A stretch of DNA of 57,848 bases from Eubacteriales bacterium (GTDB taxonomy: Bacteria > Bacillota > Clostridia > Oscillospirales > CAG-272). Shown in pieces: positions 19,874 to 29,432 of the stretch; the first letter of the stretch is position 1; each line of letters opens with the position of its first letter. The stretch lies in contig JAZNJA010000246.1 in the NCBI GenBank assembly GCA_045577755.1, positions 1-57,848 of the forward strand. The letters run 5' to 3'. The notes under the pieces were generated by a model. The model was not told the origin of the DNA. It made no database searches and saw only the letters and a program-made list of their open reading frames with translations. Made by a program: the position numbers and the translations under genes.

Positions 19874-20800
19874 ATGGCAAACATTTCCGCAAAGGACGTT
19901 GCCGAGCTGCGTAAGCAGACCGGTATCGGTATGATGGAGTGCAAGAAGGCACTCGTTGAGGCTGACGGCGACTTTGAGGCCGCTATCAAGCTGCTCCGCG
20001 AGAAGGGCGAGCTGAAGGCCGCTTCCAAGATCGCGAACCGCATCGCCGCTGACGGTGTCGTTGACATCATGAAGGACGGCGACCTGACCGCTATGATCGA
20101 GGTCAACTCTGAGACCGACTTCGTTGCTAAGAACGAGTCCTTCAAGGAGTTCGTCAAGAACCTGCTGAAGACCATCCTGACCACCAAGCCCGCAACCCTG
20201 GAGGAGCTCATGGCTGCTCAGTACGTTGACGGCGGCGTGACCGTTGAGGAGAAGGTCAAGGAAGAGATCTTCAAGATCGGTGAGAAGCTGAGCGTACGCC
20301 GCTTCGCCCTGGTCGAGGGTCTGACCGCTACCTACATCCACGGCGGCAGTTCCATCGGCGTCGTGGTCAAGTTCGACACTGACTGCGCAGATAACGAGGG
20401 CTTCGCTGAGTTCGCTAAGAACATCGCCCTCCAGATTGCTGCTTACCCCACCCCCTACCTGACCCGTGAGGACGTCCCCGCTTCCGTCATCGAGTCTGAG
20501 AAGGACATCATCAAGGTTCAGCTGTCCAACGATCCCAAGATGGCCAACAAGCCCGAGAAGGTTCTTGAGGGCATCATCATGGGTAAGCTGGGTAAGTTCT
20601 ACGAGGCTAACTGCCTGGTGGATATGGCATACGTCAAGGAGGACGACATGAAGGTCGGTCAGTACGTTGCCAAGACCGCGAAGGAGATGGGCGGCAAGAT
20701 CGCTATCGCATCCTTCTGCCGCTTCGAGAAGGGCGAGGGCATCCAGAAGAAGGAAGAGGACTTCGCTGCTGAGATCGAAAAGCTGGCTAGCGGCAAGTAA
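19874..20800 (+). CDS. tsf: Elongation factor Ts
   Basis: LRKQTGIGMMECKKAL, EVNSETDFVAKN. Confidence 0.98.
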   Translation: MANISAKDVAELRKQTGIGMMECKKALVEADGDFEAAIKLLREKGELKAASKIANRIAADGVVDIMKDGDLTAMIEVNSETDFVAKNESFKEFVKNLLKTILTTKPATLEELMAAQYVDGGVTVEEKVKEEIFKIGEKLSVRRFALVEGLTATYIHGGSSIGVVVKFDTDCADNEGFAEFAKNIALQIAAYPTPYLTREDVPASVIESEKDIIKVQLSNDPKMANKPEKVLEGIIMGKLGKFYEANCLVDMAYVKEDDMKVGQYVAKTAKEMGGKIAIASFCRFEKGEGIQKKEEDFAAEIEKLASGK

Positions 20801-20820
20801 TATCCCCTGCTGATCGCATG

Positions 20821-20853
20821 GACGCTGTGCTTCGGCACAGCGTCTTGCTTTTT
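20821..20853 (+). terminator. Intrinsic terminator of rpsB-tsf
   Basis: GACGCTGTGC-TTCG-GCACAGCGTC followed by T tract. Confidence 0.85.
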
Positions 20854-20887
20854 TATCGTCCTGGCGGCTGAATATTGCGCAAACCCC

Positions 20888-20916
20888 TTGACAAAACGGG
20901 GAAAAAAGTATATAAT
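20888..20916 (+). promoter_or_regulatory. Consensus sigma-A promoter
   Basis: TTGACA-17-TATAAT upstream of the BY-kinase gene. Confidence 0.75.
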
Positions 20917-21000
20917 AAACGCAGAGTGCTTTAGCGTGCGTATACCGCGTCGTCCGAACAGGCAAAGCAAACATCACACAAAAGGGAGATATTGTTTTTT

Positions 21001-23022
21001 ATGGCTAAGCATATTATCAAAGACACGCAAAAAAGCCAGATCGACGTCTACCTGCTCTGGAAGGTGTTTCAGGGCAACCTGATCAAGATCCTGGTCGTCG
21101 CCGTTCTGGCGGCGGGTATCGCGGGTCTCTATAGATATACCAATACGGTACCCTACTATTCCACCGACGTTTCCTTCATCGTGACGGGCGTCCAGATGGG
21201 ATACGACCTCTCGGGACAGCTGACCATCAATACCATCACTTCGGGCGGCGGTGTCGGCGCCAGTATCGCCTATAACGCCCCCTATATCATCAACGGTGAC
21301 CGCTCTCTGGATAATATCGTGGCTGTCATGCAGGAAATGAATCCCGATTCCTATACCGACGTTTCACGAAGGGGCATAGGAAGCATGATCAATATCAACG
21401 TGGACAACCAGGTGGTCACGGTGTCGGTAGTCAATACCAGCAAGCAGGTGGTCCTGGACGTGGCGTACGCCATCAAGGAGACCGTCCCCGTCTGCATGGA
21501 TTACTATTTCGGTATCGAAAACCCCGATGAGACCGAGAATATCGCCAGCGTCTGTAAGGCCATCAACAACGTCTCTGAGGAGAACGTGGTGCCCCACGGC
21601 CGTAAGACCGCTGTCTTTACCCTTATGGGCTTTTTGGTCGGCGCCGTTCTGGTCTATCTGCTCTGCCTGCTCCGCGCTTACTTCGACAATACCGTCTACA
21701 ACGAGGAGGACCTGAAGAGCCGTTTCGACATTCCCGTGATCGGTCAGATCCCCACCTGGGAGAACACCCAGTCGGGAGCAAAGGCCTTCAAGGACAAGTC
21801 CCGTAAGGACAGACATAAGGGTACCAAGGACGCCAAGGCGCCTGACGGCGGTAACCTCATGTCCGACCGTGACTACGAGGGACGTATCCTGAACAAGAAT
21901 ACCCCCTTCGCCATTACCGAGGCCTTCAAGCACCTCCGTACCAATATGTGCTATACCACCAAGGGCGAGAGCTGTGCCGTCTATGGCGTAACCTCCGCGT
22001 ACGTCAGCGCCGGTAAGTCCATGATCATCAGTAATACCGCCGTGTCCTTCTCCATGATGAATAAGAAGGTCCTGCTGGTGGATTGTGACCTCCGTTGCCC
22101 CGTGCAGCATAAGATCTTCAAGCTGGAGAACAAGGTCTACGGCATGAGTGACCTGCTGGGCGGTATCTGCAGAATCCAGGACGTGCCGCTGCGCCGTCTG
22201 GAGGGCTACGATAATCTGGATATCATCACCTCCGGGCGCATCCCCCCCAATCCCGCCGAGCTTCTGGCCTCGGACAATATGAAGAAGTTCATTGAGTACG
22301 CCAAGGCCCACTACGATATCGTCTTCATCGACCTGCCCCCCGTGTGCGAGGTCAGTGACGCCGGCATCATCTCGGATCTGGTCACCGGCTACACCTTCGT
22401 TGTCCGTTCCGGCTATTCCGACCGCCGCATGATCGAGGTCGCCGTAGAGACCATGGAGGCCTTCGACGCTTCCTTTGTGGGCTTCATCCTCAATGATATT
22501 GATATCAAGTCGGGTGACTACTACAAGAATAAGTACTACAGCAGCTACAGTAAGTACCGCTTCCGCTACGGTAAGCAGGGCTACTACCGTCACTTCAAGT
22601 ACGGCTACTACAAGGGCTACTACAACCGCGAGTACAAGAACGCTTACAACAGCAGCTACAGCAATAGCTACAAGAAGTCCATGGAGGAAGTCAACGCCAA
22701 TCCTCTGGATGCCATTCTGGCTGAGGACCGCGCCGTTGAGAGCGCTCCCGTGAAGCCCCTGACCCCCCGTGAGACGACCAATATCTTCGCCGAGTCCTTT
22801 ACGGAGACCACTTCTGAAACCAAGGCTCCCGCAGAGACAGCCCGGACGGCTGCCCCCGTGAAGAAGCCTCGCCGAAAAAAGCCCAGACCCGCTCCCGTGG
22901 AGGAAGAGGAGGTGCCCTTTCGTTCTGAGACCGAAAGCGGCAATGAGTACGAAGAGCTCCGAGACGACGTCTTCGGTACCTCTGTCGAGAATACCGAAGG
23001 CGGGGAGGACGAGACCTACTAA
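21001..23022 (+). CDS. Fused Wzc-type polysaccharide co-polymerase / BY tyrosine autokinase
   Basis: Two TM segments flanking an extracellular loop; EAFKHLRTN, Walker A SAGKS, A' LLVDCDLR, PPNPAELL, Walker B FIDLPP; Tyr cluster. Confidence 0.9.
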   Translation: MAKHIIKDTQKSQIDVYLLWKVFQGNLIKILVVAVLAAGIAGLYRYTNTVPYYSTDVSFIVTGVQMGYDLSGQLTINTITSGGGVGASIAYNAPYIINGDRSLDNIVAVMQEMNPDSYTDVSRRGIGSMININVDNQVVTVSVVNTSKQVVLDVAYAIKETVPVCMDYYFGIENPDETENIASVCKAINNVSEENVVPHGRKTAVFTLMGFLVGAVLVYLLCLLRAYFDNTVYNEEDLKSRFDIPVIGQIPTWENTQSGAKAFKDKSRKDRHKGTKDAKAPDGGNLMSDRDYEGRILNKNTPFAITEAFKHLRTNMCYTTKGESCAVYGVTSAYVSAGKSMIISNTAVSFSMMNKKVLLVDCDLRCPVQHKIFKLENKVYGMSDLLGGICRIQDVPLRRLEGYDNLDIITSGRIPPNPAELLASDNMKKFIEYAKAHYDIVFIDLPPVCEVSDAGIISDLVTGYTFVVRSGYSDRRMIEVAVETMEAFDASFVGFILNDIDIKSGDYYKNKYYSSYSKYRFRYGKQGYYRHFKYGYYKGYYNREYKNAYNSSYSNSYKKSMEEVNANPLDAILAEDRAVESAPVKPLTPRETTNIFAESFTETTSETKAPAETARTAAPVKKPRRKKPRPAPVEEEEVPFRSETESGNEYEELRDDVFGTSVENTEGGEDETY

Positions 23023-23241
23023 GGCTTACAGATCCTCCCGCACGAGACCTACGCGTCCCGTGGCCGAGCACGTCAAGCCCCGTAAGACCAAGCGAGCCAT
23101 GGCCGAGCTTCGGAAGAAGCAGCTGATGGAAGCCCTCGAGAGCTTGACGAACCTGACAAATCAACCCAAAGAGTGAGCCCGTGGCTCACGATCCCATGCC
23201 CGTCGGACAGGATCCTACGGATGGAATGAAAGGAACCGCAT

Positions 23242-23937
23242 ATGAAGGAGTTAATTGATTTTCATGCGCATATCATCCCGCACATGGATCATGGCTCCGC
23301 CAACACGCCAACAGCCCAGGCACAGCTTTCCATGATGCAGGCGGCAGGCGTGACCGACGTGTGCGCCACCTCCCATTTCTATCCCCAGGATATCCTGCCC
23401 GACGATTTTTTGAGCCATCGAGCCATCTGCTTTTCCCGTCTCCTGTCGGTTATGGGGAGTACCCCCCGCCCCCGTATTCTGCTGGGCGCAGAGGTGCTGG
23501 TCTGTAAGGGGATGGAGAACATGGAACGTCTGGAGGACCTCTGCTTTGAGGGAACCAACGTCCTGCTTCTGGAAATGCCCTTCAACGCCGATGCCTGGAC
23601 CGATAGCCTTTTCCATACCGTAGAGGAGATCGGTAAGCGAGGACTCCGCCCCGTCATGGCCCACGTGGACCGCTATCCCGCCCCCTTGGTGGAGGAGCTT
23701 TTCGAGATGGGCTTTTACGGCCAGATCAACGCCGAGTCGCTGGCGGGCCTCATGCGCCCCAAGCACCTTCTGCGCTGGATCGAGGAGGGAAGGATCACCG
23801 CCTTCGGCAGTGACTTGCACGGCTGTGCCCCCAAGGGCTACAAGGCCTTTGCCAGGCTCCAAAAGACCCTGCCCGCCCAAGTGGAGCAGGTCATGGCCTC
23901 CACAGCGGAGCTTTTGAAAAACGCGAAACGATACTGA
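23242..23937 (+). CDS. PHP-family protein-tyrosine phosphatase (CpsB/CapC/YwqE-like)
   Basis: DFHAHIIPHMDHGS, ATSH, GAEV, LLEMP, AHVDRY, GSDLH. Confidence 0.88.
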   Translation: MKELIDFHAHIIPHMDHGSANTPTAQAQLSMMQAAGVTDVCATSHFYPQDILPDDFLSHRAICFSRLLSVMGSTPRPRILLGAEVLVCKGMENMERLEDLCFEGTNVLLLEMPFNADAWTDSLFHTVEEIGKRGLRPVMAHVDRYPAPLVEELFEMGFYGQINAESLAGLMRPKHLLRWIEEGRITAFGSDLHGCAPKGYKAFARLQKTLPAQVEQVMASTAELLKNAKRY

Positions 23938-23992
23938 ACCATTCTCCCCATGGGCAGCCCCTGTGGGGATTTTTTTAAGGAGACAGAGCGGC

Positions 23993-24982
23993 ATGAAATA
24001 CTTTCTGGCATTGGACGGCGGCGGAACCAAGACCGAGGGTGTCCTGACAGACTCCCGCGGGCGCATTCTTGCCCATGCCCGCGGCAACGCCTCCAATCCC
24101 AATGACGTCACCCTCCCTGTGGCCGTGGGGATCCTGAAGGAGCTAACACTGTCCTTGATGGCGAAAGCGGGACTCGGAAGGGATGACCTCCCGGAGATCT
24201 CCCTGTTCGGCGGTATCTCGGGAGGGATCAATCACGGCCCCGCCCTGGAAAGAGAGCTGACCGCCTCCCTGGAGGGGATCGACTGCCTGGGAATCCGTTC
24301 CGACGTCCATATCCTCCTCTCCGCCGAGATCCCCGAAGGAGACGGTGCCTGCATCATCTGCGGAACCGGGAGCGCCTGCTTCCTCCGCAAAGGAAACGAG
24401 CTGCACCGCATCGGGGGCTGGGGCTATCTGCTGGATAGCGGCGGAAGCGGATACGACCTGGGCAGAGACGCCTTGGAGGCCGCCCTCCGCGACCACGACG
24501 GCCGCGGTCAGCCCACGGTGTTGTCCGAACTCCTGGCCCAAAAGCTGGGTAAGCCCGTCTGGCTCTCCATTACCGAGATCTACGGTGAGGGCAAACCCTA
24601 TATCGCCGCCTGCGCGCCCCTTGTCTTTGAGGCCGCCCGACAGGGAGACGCCGTGGCAGAGGCCATCCTGGACCGCAACGCGGCACGCCTGGCCGAATAC
24701 ATCAAGGCCGCCTGGAAGCGGCTGGACCGTCCCGCCGCTGAGGAGCTGATCACGGTCATGGGCGGCAGTATCTCGGTCAAGCAGTCCCCCGCTTGGCAGA
24801 AGCGTATCTGCCTGGCCCTGGAAGCCCTGACCGCGGGAGAATCCCCCGTCCCCCTGACTCTGCGGACCGCATCGGCACCGCCCGTCCTGGGGGCCGTCTA
24901 CGAAGCCATGAAACAGACCGCCCTGACTCCCGATAGCGCGGTCCGACAAGCCTTCCTCGCCTCGTATGATCCCACGCCGTAA
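23993..24982 (+). CDS. Second BadF/BcrAD-family sugar kinase (MurK-like)
   Basis: LDGGGTKT, CGTGS, IGGWGYLLD.GGSG; start after AAGGAG. Confidence 0.85.
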   Translation: MKYFLALDGGGTKTEGVLTDSRGRILAHARGNASNPNDVTLPVAVGILKELTLSLMAKAGLGRDDLPEISLFGGISGGINHGPALERELTASLEGIDCLGIRSDVHILLSAEIPEGDGACIICGTGSACFLRKGNELHRIGGWGYLLDSGGSGYDLGRDALEAALRDHDGRGQPTVLSELLAQKLGKPVWLSITEIYGEGKPYIAACAPLVFEAARQGDAVAEAILDRNAARLAEYIKAAWKRLDRPAAEELITVMGGSISVKQSPAWQKRICLALEALTAGESPVPLTLRTASAPPVLGAVYEAMKQTALTPDSAVRQAFLASYDPTP

Positions 24983-25084
24983 CCCCCGAAGCAGGTTTTC
25001 CCAAAAAGTTTTCCCAAACTACTTGAAATCTTCTCTATTTTGAGCTATACTGTATAGGAAAGAAACATAGAAAGGTCAATTCCC

Positions 25085-25873
25085 ATGCTCCAGACAGAAA
25101 CCACCGCAAAAGGGCTCTCGGCCAAGCGGGCGGCACGATTCATCCTTGCCGTCACCGCCATTGGCTTCGGGCTCAGCTGCTTCCTCATATCTCCCCTTTA
25201 CGCCCGCTTCGCCACAGACGCTCTTTACATGGATGAGTGGTGGGTATTCATCCTCTACGTCCTGGCCGAGGGCGGCATCGACCTGGCGGTCTTTTCCCTG
25301 TGCTATCCCGCTACCATCTACGCCATTTGGGCGGAAGGCGTCAAGGGTGCCCACAAGACCTACGTTGCCTTCGGGGTCATGACCCTTGTCAAGTATGTCC
25401 TCAACTATGTCATGACCTGCCTCACTGACAGCGCCGTGCCCAGCGGAAAGGATATCCTGACCGAGGACCTTCCCCTCATTGGCGGTATGTTCCTTCTGGA
25501 GCTGGGCCAGTACGCCCTGGTTATCCTGGCTGTCTGGCTGACCAAGCGCCGCGCCGAGCGCAAGTGGGCTCAGCAGAATCTGCGGGAAAGTCTGTCCGAG
25601 GAGACCTCCCGTCCCGCCCTTCTCCCCTTCAAAAAGCTTGCTAATCTCAAAAATCCTCTCCAGCGCAGTATCTTTTGGAGCGCCCTCCTGGTCTGGCTCT
25701 TCCGCGTTTACGCCCACGTCACCTACCAGATCACCATTTTCCTGTACAACGGGAACACCGAGGGCTTTGCCGTCATGTTCCTGGATTTCATCACCGACGT
25801 CATACTGGCCGTTGCCTTCTACTTCGTAGGCCTTCTGATCGTCTCCCGATTCCACGACAAGGGCAAGCAGTAA
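25085..25873 (+). CDS. Hypothetical multi-pass membrane protein
   Basis: About 6 hydrophobic segments, host-like codon usage, RBS GAAAGG. Confidence 0.7.
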   Translation: MLQTETTAKGLSAKRAARFILAVTAIGFGLSCFLISPLYARFATDALYMDEWWVFILYVLAEGGIDLAVFSLCYPATIYAIWAEGVKGAHKTYVAFGVMTLVKYVLNYVMTCLTDSAVPSGKDILTEDLPLIGGMFLLELGQYALVILAVWLTKRRAERKWAQQNLRESLSEETSRPALLPFKKLANLKNPLQRSIFWSALLVWLFRVYAHVTYQITIFLYNGNTEGFAVMFLDFITDVILAVAFYFVGLLIVSRFHDKGKQ

Positions 25874-25921
25874 AGCAACCGTAGCCTGATAGCCGTAAAC
25901 TGTAAGCCGTAAAAGCAAATT

Positions 25922-25945
25922 AAGAGGAGGCACCCGCCTCCTCTT
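25922..25945. terminator. Bidirectional terminator-like hairpin
   Basis: AAGAGGAGGC-ACCC-GCCTCCTCTT between convergent genes. Confidence 0.65.
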
Positions 25946-25968
25946 TGCCTTTCGGAGCTCTATGGCCG

Positions 25969-27603
25969 TCAGCCGAAGAACATCCGCTTGAAGTCCAGAA
26001 GCCGCTCCTTGCCCAGAACTCCCGTGGCTATACAGAGCAGGAGATAGAGGGCGGAGCAGAGGGAGATCCACAGGATCAATGCTCCCCGACTCCCGATGGA
26101 CAGTCCCGTGAAAGCCCCCGCGAGACGGCAAACAGCGGTGGAGCCCACCACACAAAGCAGGGGACCGAAGACCTGCCCCATGAGCCGCACGGGCATACGG
26201 CTCAGGCGGAGCATCCGACAAAGGGATAGGGTGGTGTTCAGGGTCTCGGTGACGTAGATCGCCACCACATAGCCCCACAGCCCTAACCGAGGCAGCAGCA
26301 GCCACACCAGCAGCACCGACACCCCCGCGTCCAGAATATTGACGTTCATGGAGTAGACCTGCTCCCCCATACCCTTGAGAAAGCCGTCTACCGAGCTGTC
26401 TACGTACATAATGGGGATCAGCGGAGCCAGTACCCGAATGTACAGCCCCGCCTCGCGACTGGAATAGATCGCCTCCCCCAGCTCATAGCCGAAGCAGGAC
26501 ATGATCCCCGCTACCCCGATGGAAAAGATCAGGGCGGGGGTGATGATCTTGTCAGCCAGACGGGCCACCCGATCTCCGTCCCCCCTCGCCCGCGATTCCG
26601 CCACCTCGGGAACCAGAAGCCCCGAAAAGGAGGAGATAAAGGCGGAGGGAAACAGAACCACGGGTAGAACCATGCCGTGCAAAACCCCGTAAGAGGACAG
26701 CGCCGCCTCCCAGCTGGCACCGCTTCGCTTCAGCCCGCGGGGAATGAGACTGTGCTGGAGGGTCAGAAGCCCTGACCGCAGACAGGCGCTGAGGGTCACG
26801 GGTACCGTGATCCCCAGAAGCTTGCGGGTGCCGCAAAGAGCGCTGTCGGGATACTCCGCTGCCGTGGAGGCGGCCAGGTACCGATGCCGCTCCCATAGGT
26901 AGGCGCAGAGGGTCAGGATCAGCCCACAGACCTCAGCAAGCGCCCCGCCCAGCACCAGGGCGAGACAGGTCATCTCCACCCCCTCGGGAAGCCACAGGGT
27001 CAGCAGGTAGGCGCAGAACCCGATGCGCAAAAACTGCGCCCCGATGCTGACGACCGCCGACTTGAGTACCCGCCGTACCGCTGTGAAATACCCGTTCAGA
27101 CAGGAACAGACCGCTATGGGCAACAGAGTCAGAGCCAGTACCCGCAGGGACAGCAACGTGCGGCCGTCCCCCAGCCAGACCTTTCCCACGAAGGGGGCTC
27201 CCAGAAAGAGCAAGCCCCCGGCCCCCGCCCCGCAGACAGCGCTGTAGAGCAGACACCGCGTCATCACCCGCCGTACCGCCCTTCGGCAGTCACCTCCAAG
27301 GGCTCCGACAGAAACGTCATCGCCCTCCCGAGGTTGATAATGCCCCAGTACGTCGGCGACCATACGGGTGGTGCCCAGTCCGATCCCGCCGCAGCCCAGA
27401 GTCATGGCCAGCCCGTAGACCCCCATGACAAGGGAATGGATCCCCATGACCTCCCCGCCCGCACGGGAGGACAGGTAGACGTTGAAGGACACCCCCACGG
27501 TGCGCATGAAGAGATTGACCCCGATGAGCAGCAGCGCGTTGAAGGCAAAGCGTCGTGCGGCGGTCGCCTTCCGACGGGGACGGGGCAGGGAAGAGGTCAC
27601 CAT
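25969..27603 (-). CDS. SpoVB-like MOP/MATE-superfamily flippase
   Basis: Start reassigned to ATG 27603 (RBS GAAAGGA); multiple TMs, CLNGYF, LIPRGL, YGVLHGMVLP..LFPS. Confidence 0.85.
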   Translation of the reverse strand: MVTSSLPRPRRKATAARRFAFNALLLIGVNLFMRTVGVSFNVYLSSRAGGEVMGIHSLVMGVYGLAMTLGCGGIGLGTTRMVADVLGHYQPREGDDVSVGALGGDCRRAVRRVMTRCLLYSAVCGAGAGGLLFLGAPFVGKVWLGDGRTLLSLRVLALTLLPIAVCSCLNGYFTAVRRVLKSAVVSIGAQFLRIGFCAYLLTLWLPEGVEMTCLALVLGGALAEVCGLILTLCAYLWERHRYLAASTAAEYPDSALCGTRKLLGITVPVTLSACLRSGLLTLQHSLIPRGLKRSGASWEAALSSYGVLHGMVLPVVLFPSAFISSFSGLLVPEVAESRARGDGDRVARLADKIITPALIFSIGVAGIMSCFGYELGEAIYSSREAGLYIRVLAPLIPIMYVDSSVDGFLKGMGEQVYSMNVNILDAGVSVLLVWLLLPRLGLWGYVVAIYVTETLNTTLSLCRMLRLSRMPVRLMGQVFGPLLCVVGSTAVCRLAGAFTGLSIGSRGALILWISLCSALYLLLCIATGVLGKERLLDFKRMFFG

Positions 27604-27807
27604 AGCATCATCCTTTCCATTGTCAGACAAGCTGGATTCCCTATACTCTATGAATCCCCGCGGCCGAATATGCGAGGAAGCCGCCGTGACCGCGGCCGAT
27701 TCGCCCCCGCCCAACGTCTCCTCCCCATAAACCGCCGCCCCCGTGGCGCGTTCCCCTGCCAATGCGCCCGCTATTCCCCGATCATCACCCATTTGAAAGG
27801 AGCCACC

Positions 27808-28944
27808 ATGAAGCAAACCGTACTCTGCGGCGTCGACCGCCAAAGCGAGCTGAAATCCCTTGTGTCGGGGCGTAGGACTGCCCTCCTCACCGCCGCCTCC
27901 GGCATCAGTAAGACGGGCATCCCGACCTACGGGATCCTGGCAGACCTGAGTGACCTCCGCATCCTTCTCGCCCCCGAACACGGCCTGGCCTCGGCCATGC
28001 AGGACGGCGGCTTTTCCAAGGAGGACGGCATCCCCCACGCTGAGACCGGCGCGGCTCTCTACGACGTTACCGCCCTGCGGGGAAGCGACCGCCTGACCGA
28101 GCTGCTCCGCGGTGTGGACCTGGCCGTCTACGACATTCAGGACGTGGGCGCTCGGTTCTACACCTATATATCCAACCTCTCCCAGCTCATGCGTGCCGCC
28201 AAGGCGGCGGGAAAGCCCGTTCTGGTGCTGGACCGTCCCAACCCCATCGGCAATAGGGCCTGTGAGGGCCTTATTCTGGACGAGAGCCGCCACAGCTCCT
28301 TTGTGGGGGAATACGCCGTCCCCACCCGCTACGCCCTGACAGTGGGCGAATACGCCCGCTACGTCAACGTCGAGAAGGGCATCGGCTGTGAACTCCACGT
28401 CCTGCCCTGTGAGGGCTGGGCGCCTCACGTCTACTACGATGAGACCGATCTTCTCTGGGTCAACCCCTCTCCCAATATTCCCACGGTAAATTGCGCCCTC
28501 AACTATATCGGCTCCTGCGTGTATGAGGCCACCAACCTTTCCGAGGGAAGGGGCACCACCCGCCCCTTTGACTGGCTGGGCGCTCCCTTCGTGGACGAAA
28601 AGGCCTTGGCCGGGGACATGAACGCCCTCTGTCTCCCCGGTGTCCTTTTCCGTCCCCTGGCCTTTACCCCTATGTTCAATAAGCACGCAGGCACCGTCTG
28701 CCGCGGCGTGGAGCTGCATATCACCGACCGGGATGCTTACCGTCCATTTGAGACCATGCTCCATATGCTCCGACATTTCAAGAAATACCCCGAGTTCACC
28801 GTGAACCGCTCATCCCTGGCCCTGCGGATCGGTCAGGATGTCCTGGCGGATGATTACGATCCCGCTACGGTGCTGACCCGGGCCGCTGAGGATACGAAGC
28901 GATTCTGTGAAAATGTTGAAAAATACCGCCTGTATCGCGGATGA
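27808..28944 (+). CDS. namZ: Exo-beta-N-acetylmuramidase NamZ (DUF1343/GH171)
   Basis: APEHG, YDIQDVGARFYTY, LDRPNPIG, PSPNIP, SEGRGTTRPF; start after AAAGGAG. Confidence 0.9.
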   Translation: MKQTVLCGVDRQSELKSLVSGRRTALLTAASGISKTGIPTYGILADLSDLRILLAPEHGLASAMQDGGFSKEDGIPHAETGAALYDVTALRGSDRLTELLRGVDLAVYDIQDVGARFYTYISNLSQLMRAAKAAGKPVLVLDRPNPIGNRACEGLILDESRHSSFVGEYAVPTRYALTVGEYARYVNVEKGIGCELHVLPCEGWAPHVYYDETDLLWVNPSPNIPTVNCALNYIGSCVYEATNLSEGRGTTRPFDWLGAPFVDEKALAGDMNALCLPGVLFRPLAFTPMFNKHAGTVCRGVELHITDRDAYRPFETMLHMLRHFKKYPEFTVNRSSLALRIGQDVLADDYDPATVLTRAAEDTKRFCENVEKYRLYRG

Positions 28945-29094
28945 AATTTGTTGAATCAAGAAAATTTCATGAAAAGTACAGAATACACTTGACAAAATCG
29001 ACTTCATGCTATATTATATACTACGGATATTTCGTGGGGCCTTGCTCTGTGACCCCGAGAAATGACGATCAACAAAGTGGAAGGAGGGAAAGGA

Positions 29095-29283
29095 ATGAGC
29101 GTATATGCTTGCGAGCTGTGCGGTTATGAATACCGTCCCGAGCTGGGTGACCCTGATAACGGTATCGATGAGGGTACTGATTTTGAGGATCTGCCCGCTG
29201 ATTGGGTGTGCCCCCTGTGCGGCGCGTCCAAGGAGGACTTCGATAAGGTCGACGGTGACGATTCGCTCCGCGACGACGACTGA
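29095..29283 (+). CDS. Rubredoxin
   Basis: CELCGY...[17 protein letters not shown]. Confidence 0.95.
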   Translation: MSVYACELCGYEYRPELGDPDNGIDEGTDFEDLPADWVCPLCGASKEDFDKVDGDDSLRDDD

Positions 29284-29397
29284 ATCAGCCAACTCTTGAC
29301 TTTTGGCAATTCGCCCGGTTCCATGCCTGTGAGGCATCCCCAAACGCTCTCCGTACCTTGGGTGCGAAGGGCGTTTTTCCGTTTTCGGGACAGACGG

Positions 29398-29426
29398 AAA
29401 AGAGCCACCCCGAGGGGTGGCTCTTT
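29398..29426. terminator. Bidirectional intrinsic terminator
   Basis: AAAAGAGCCACCC-CGAG-GGGTGGCTCTTT. Confidence 0.8.
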
Positions 29427-29432
29427 ACAGGC

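Noticed and set aside
27604-28776. N-terminal 390 aa of the 935-aa ORF (apparent fusion to the flippase)
   Set aside because: Mostly antisense to namZ; a good RBS and ATG at 27603 define the real start
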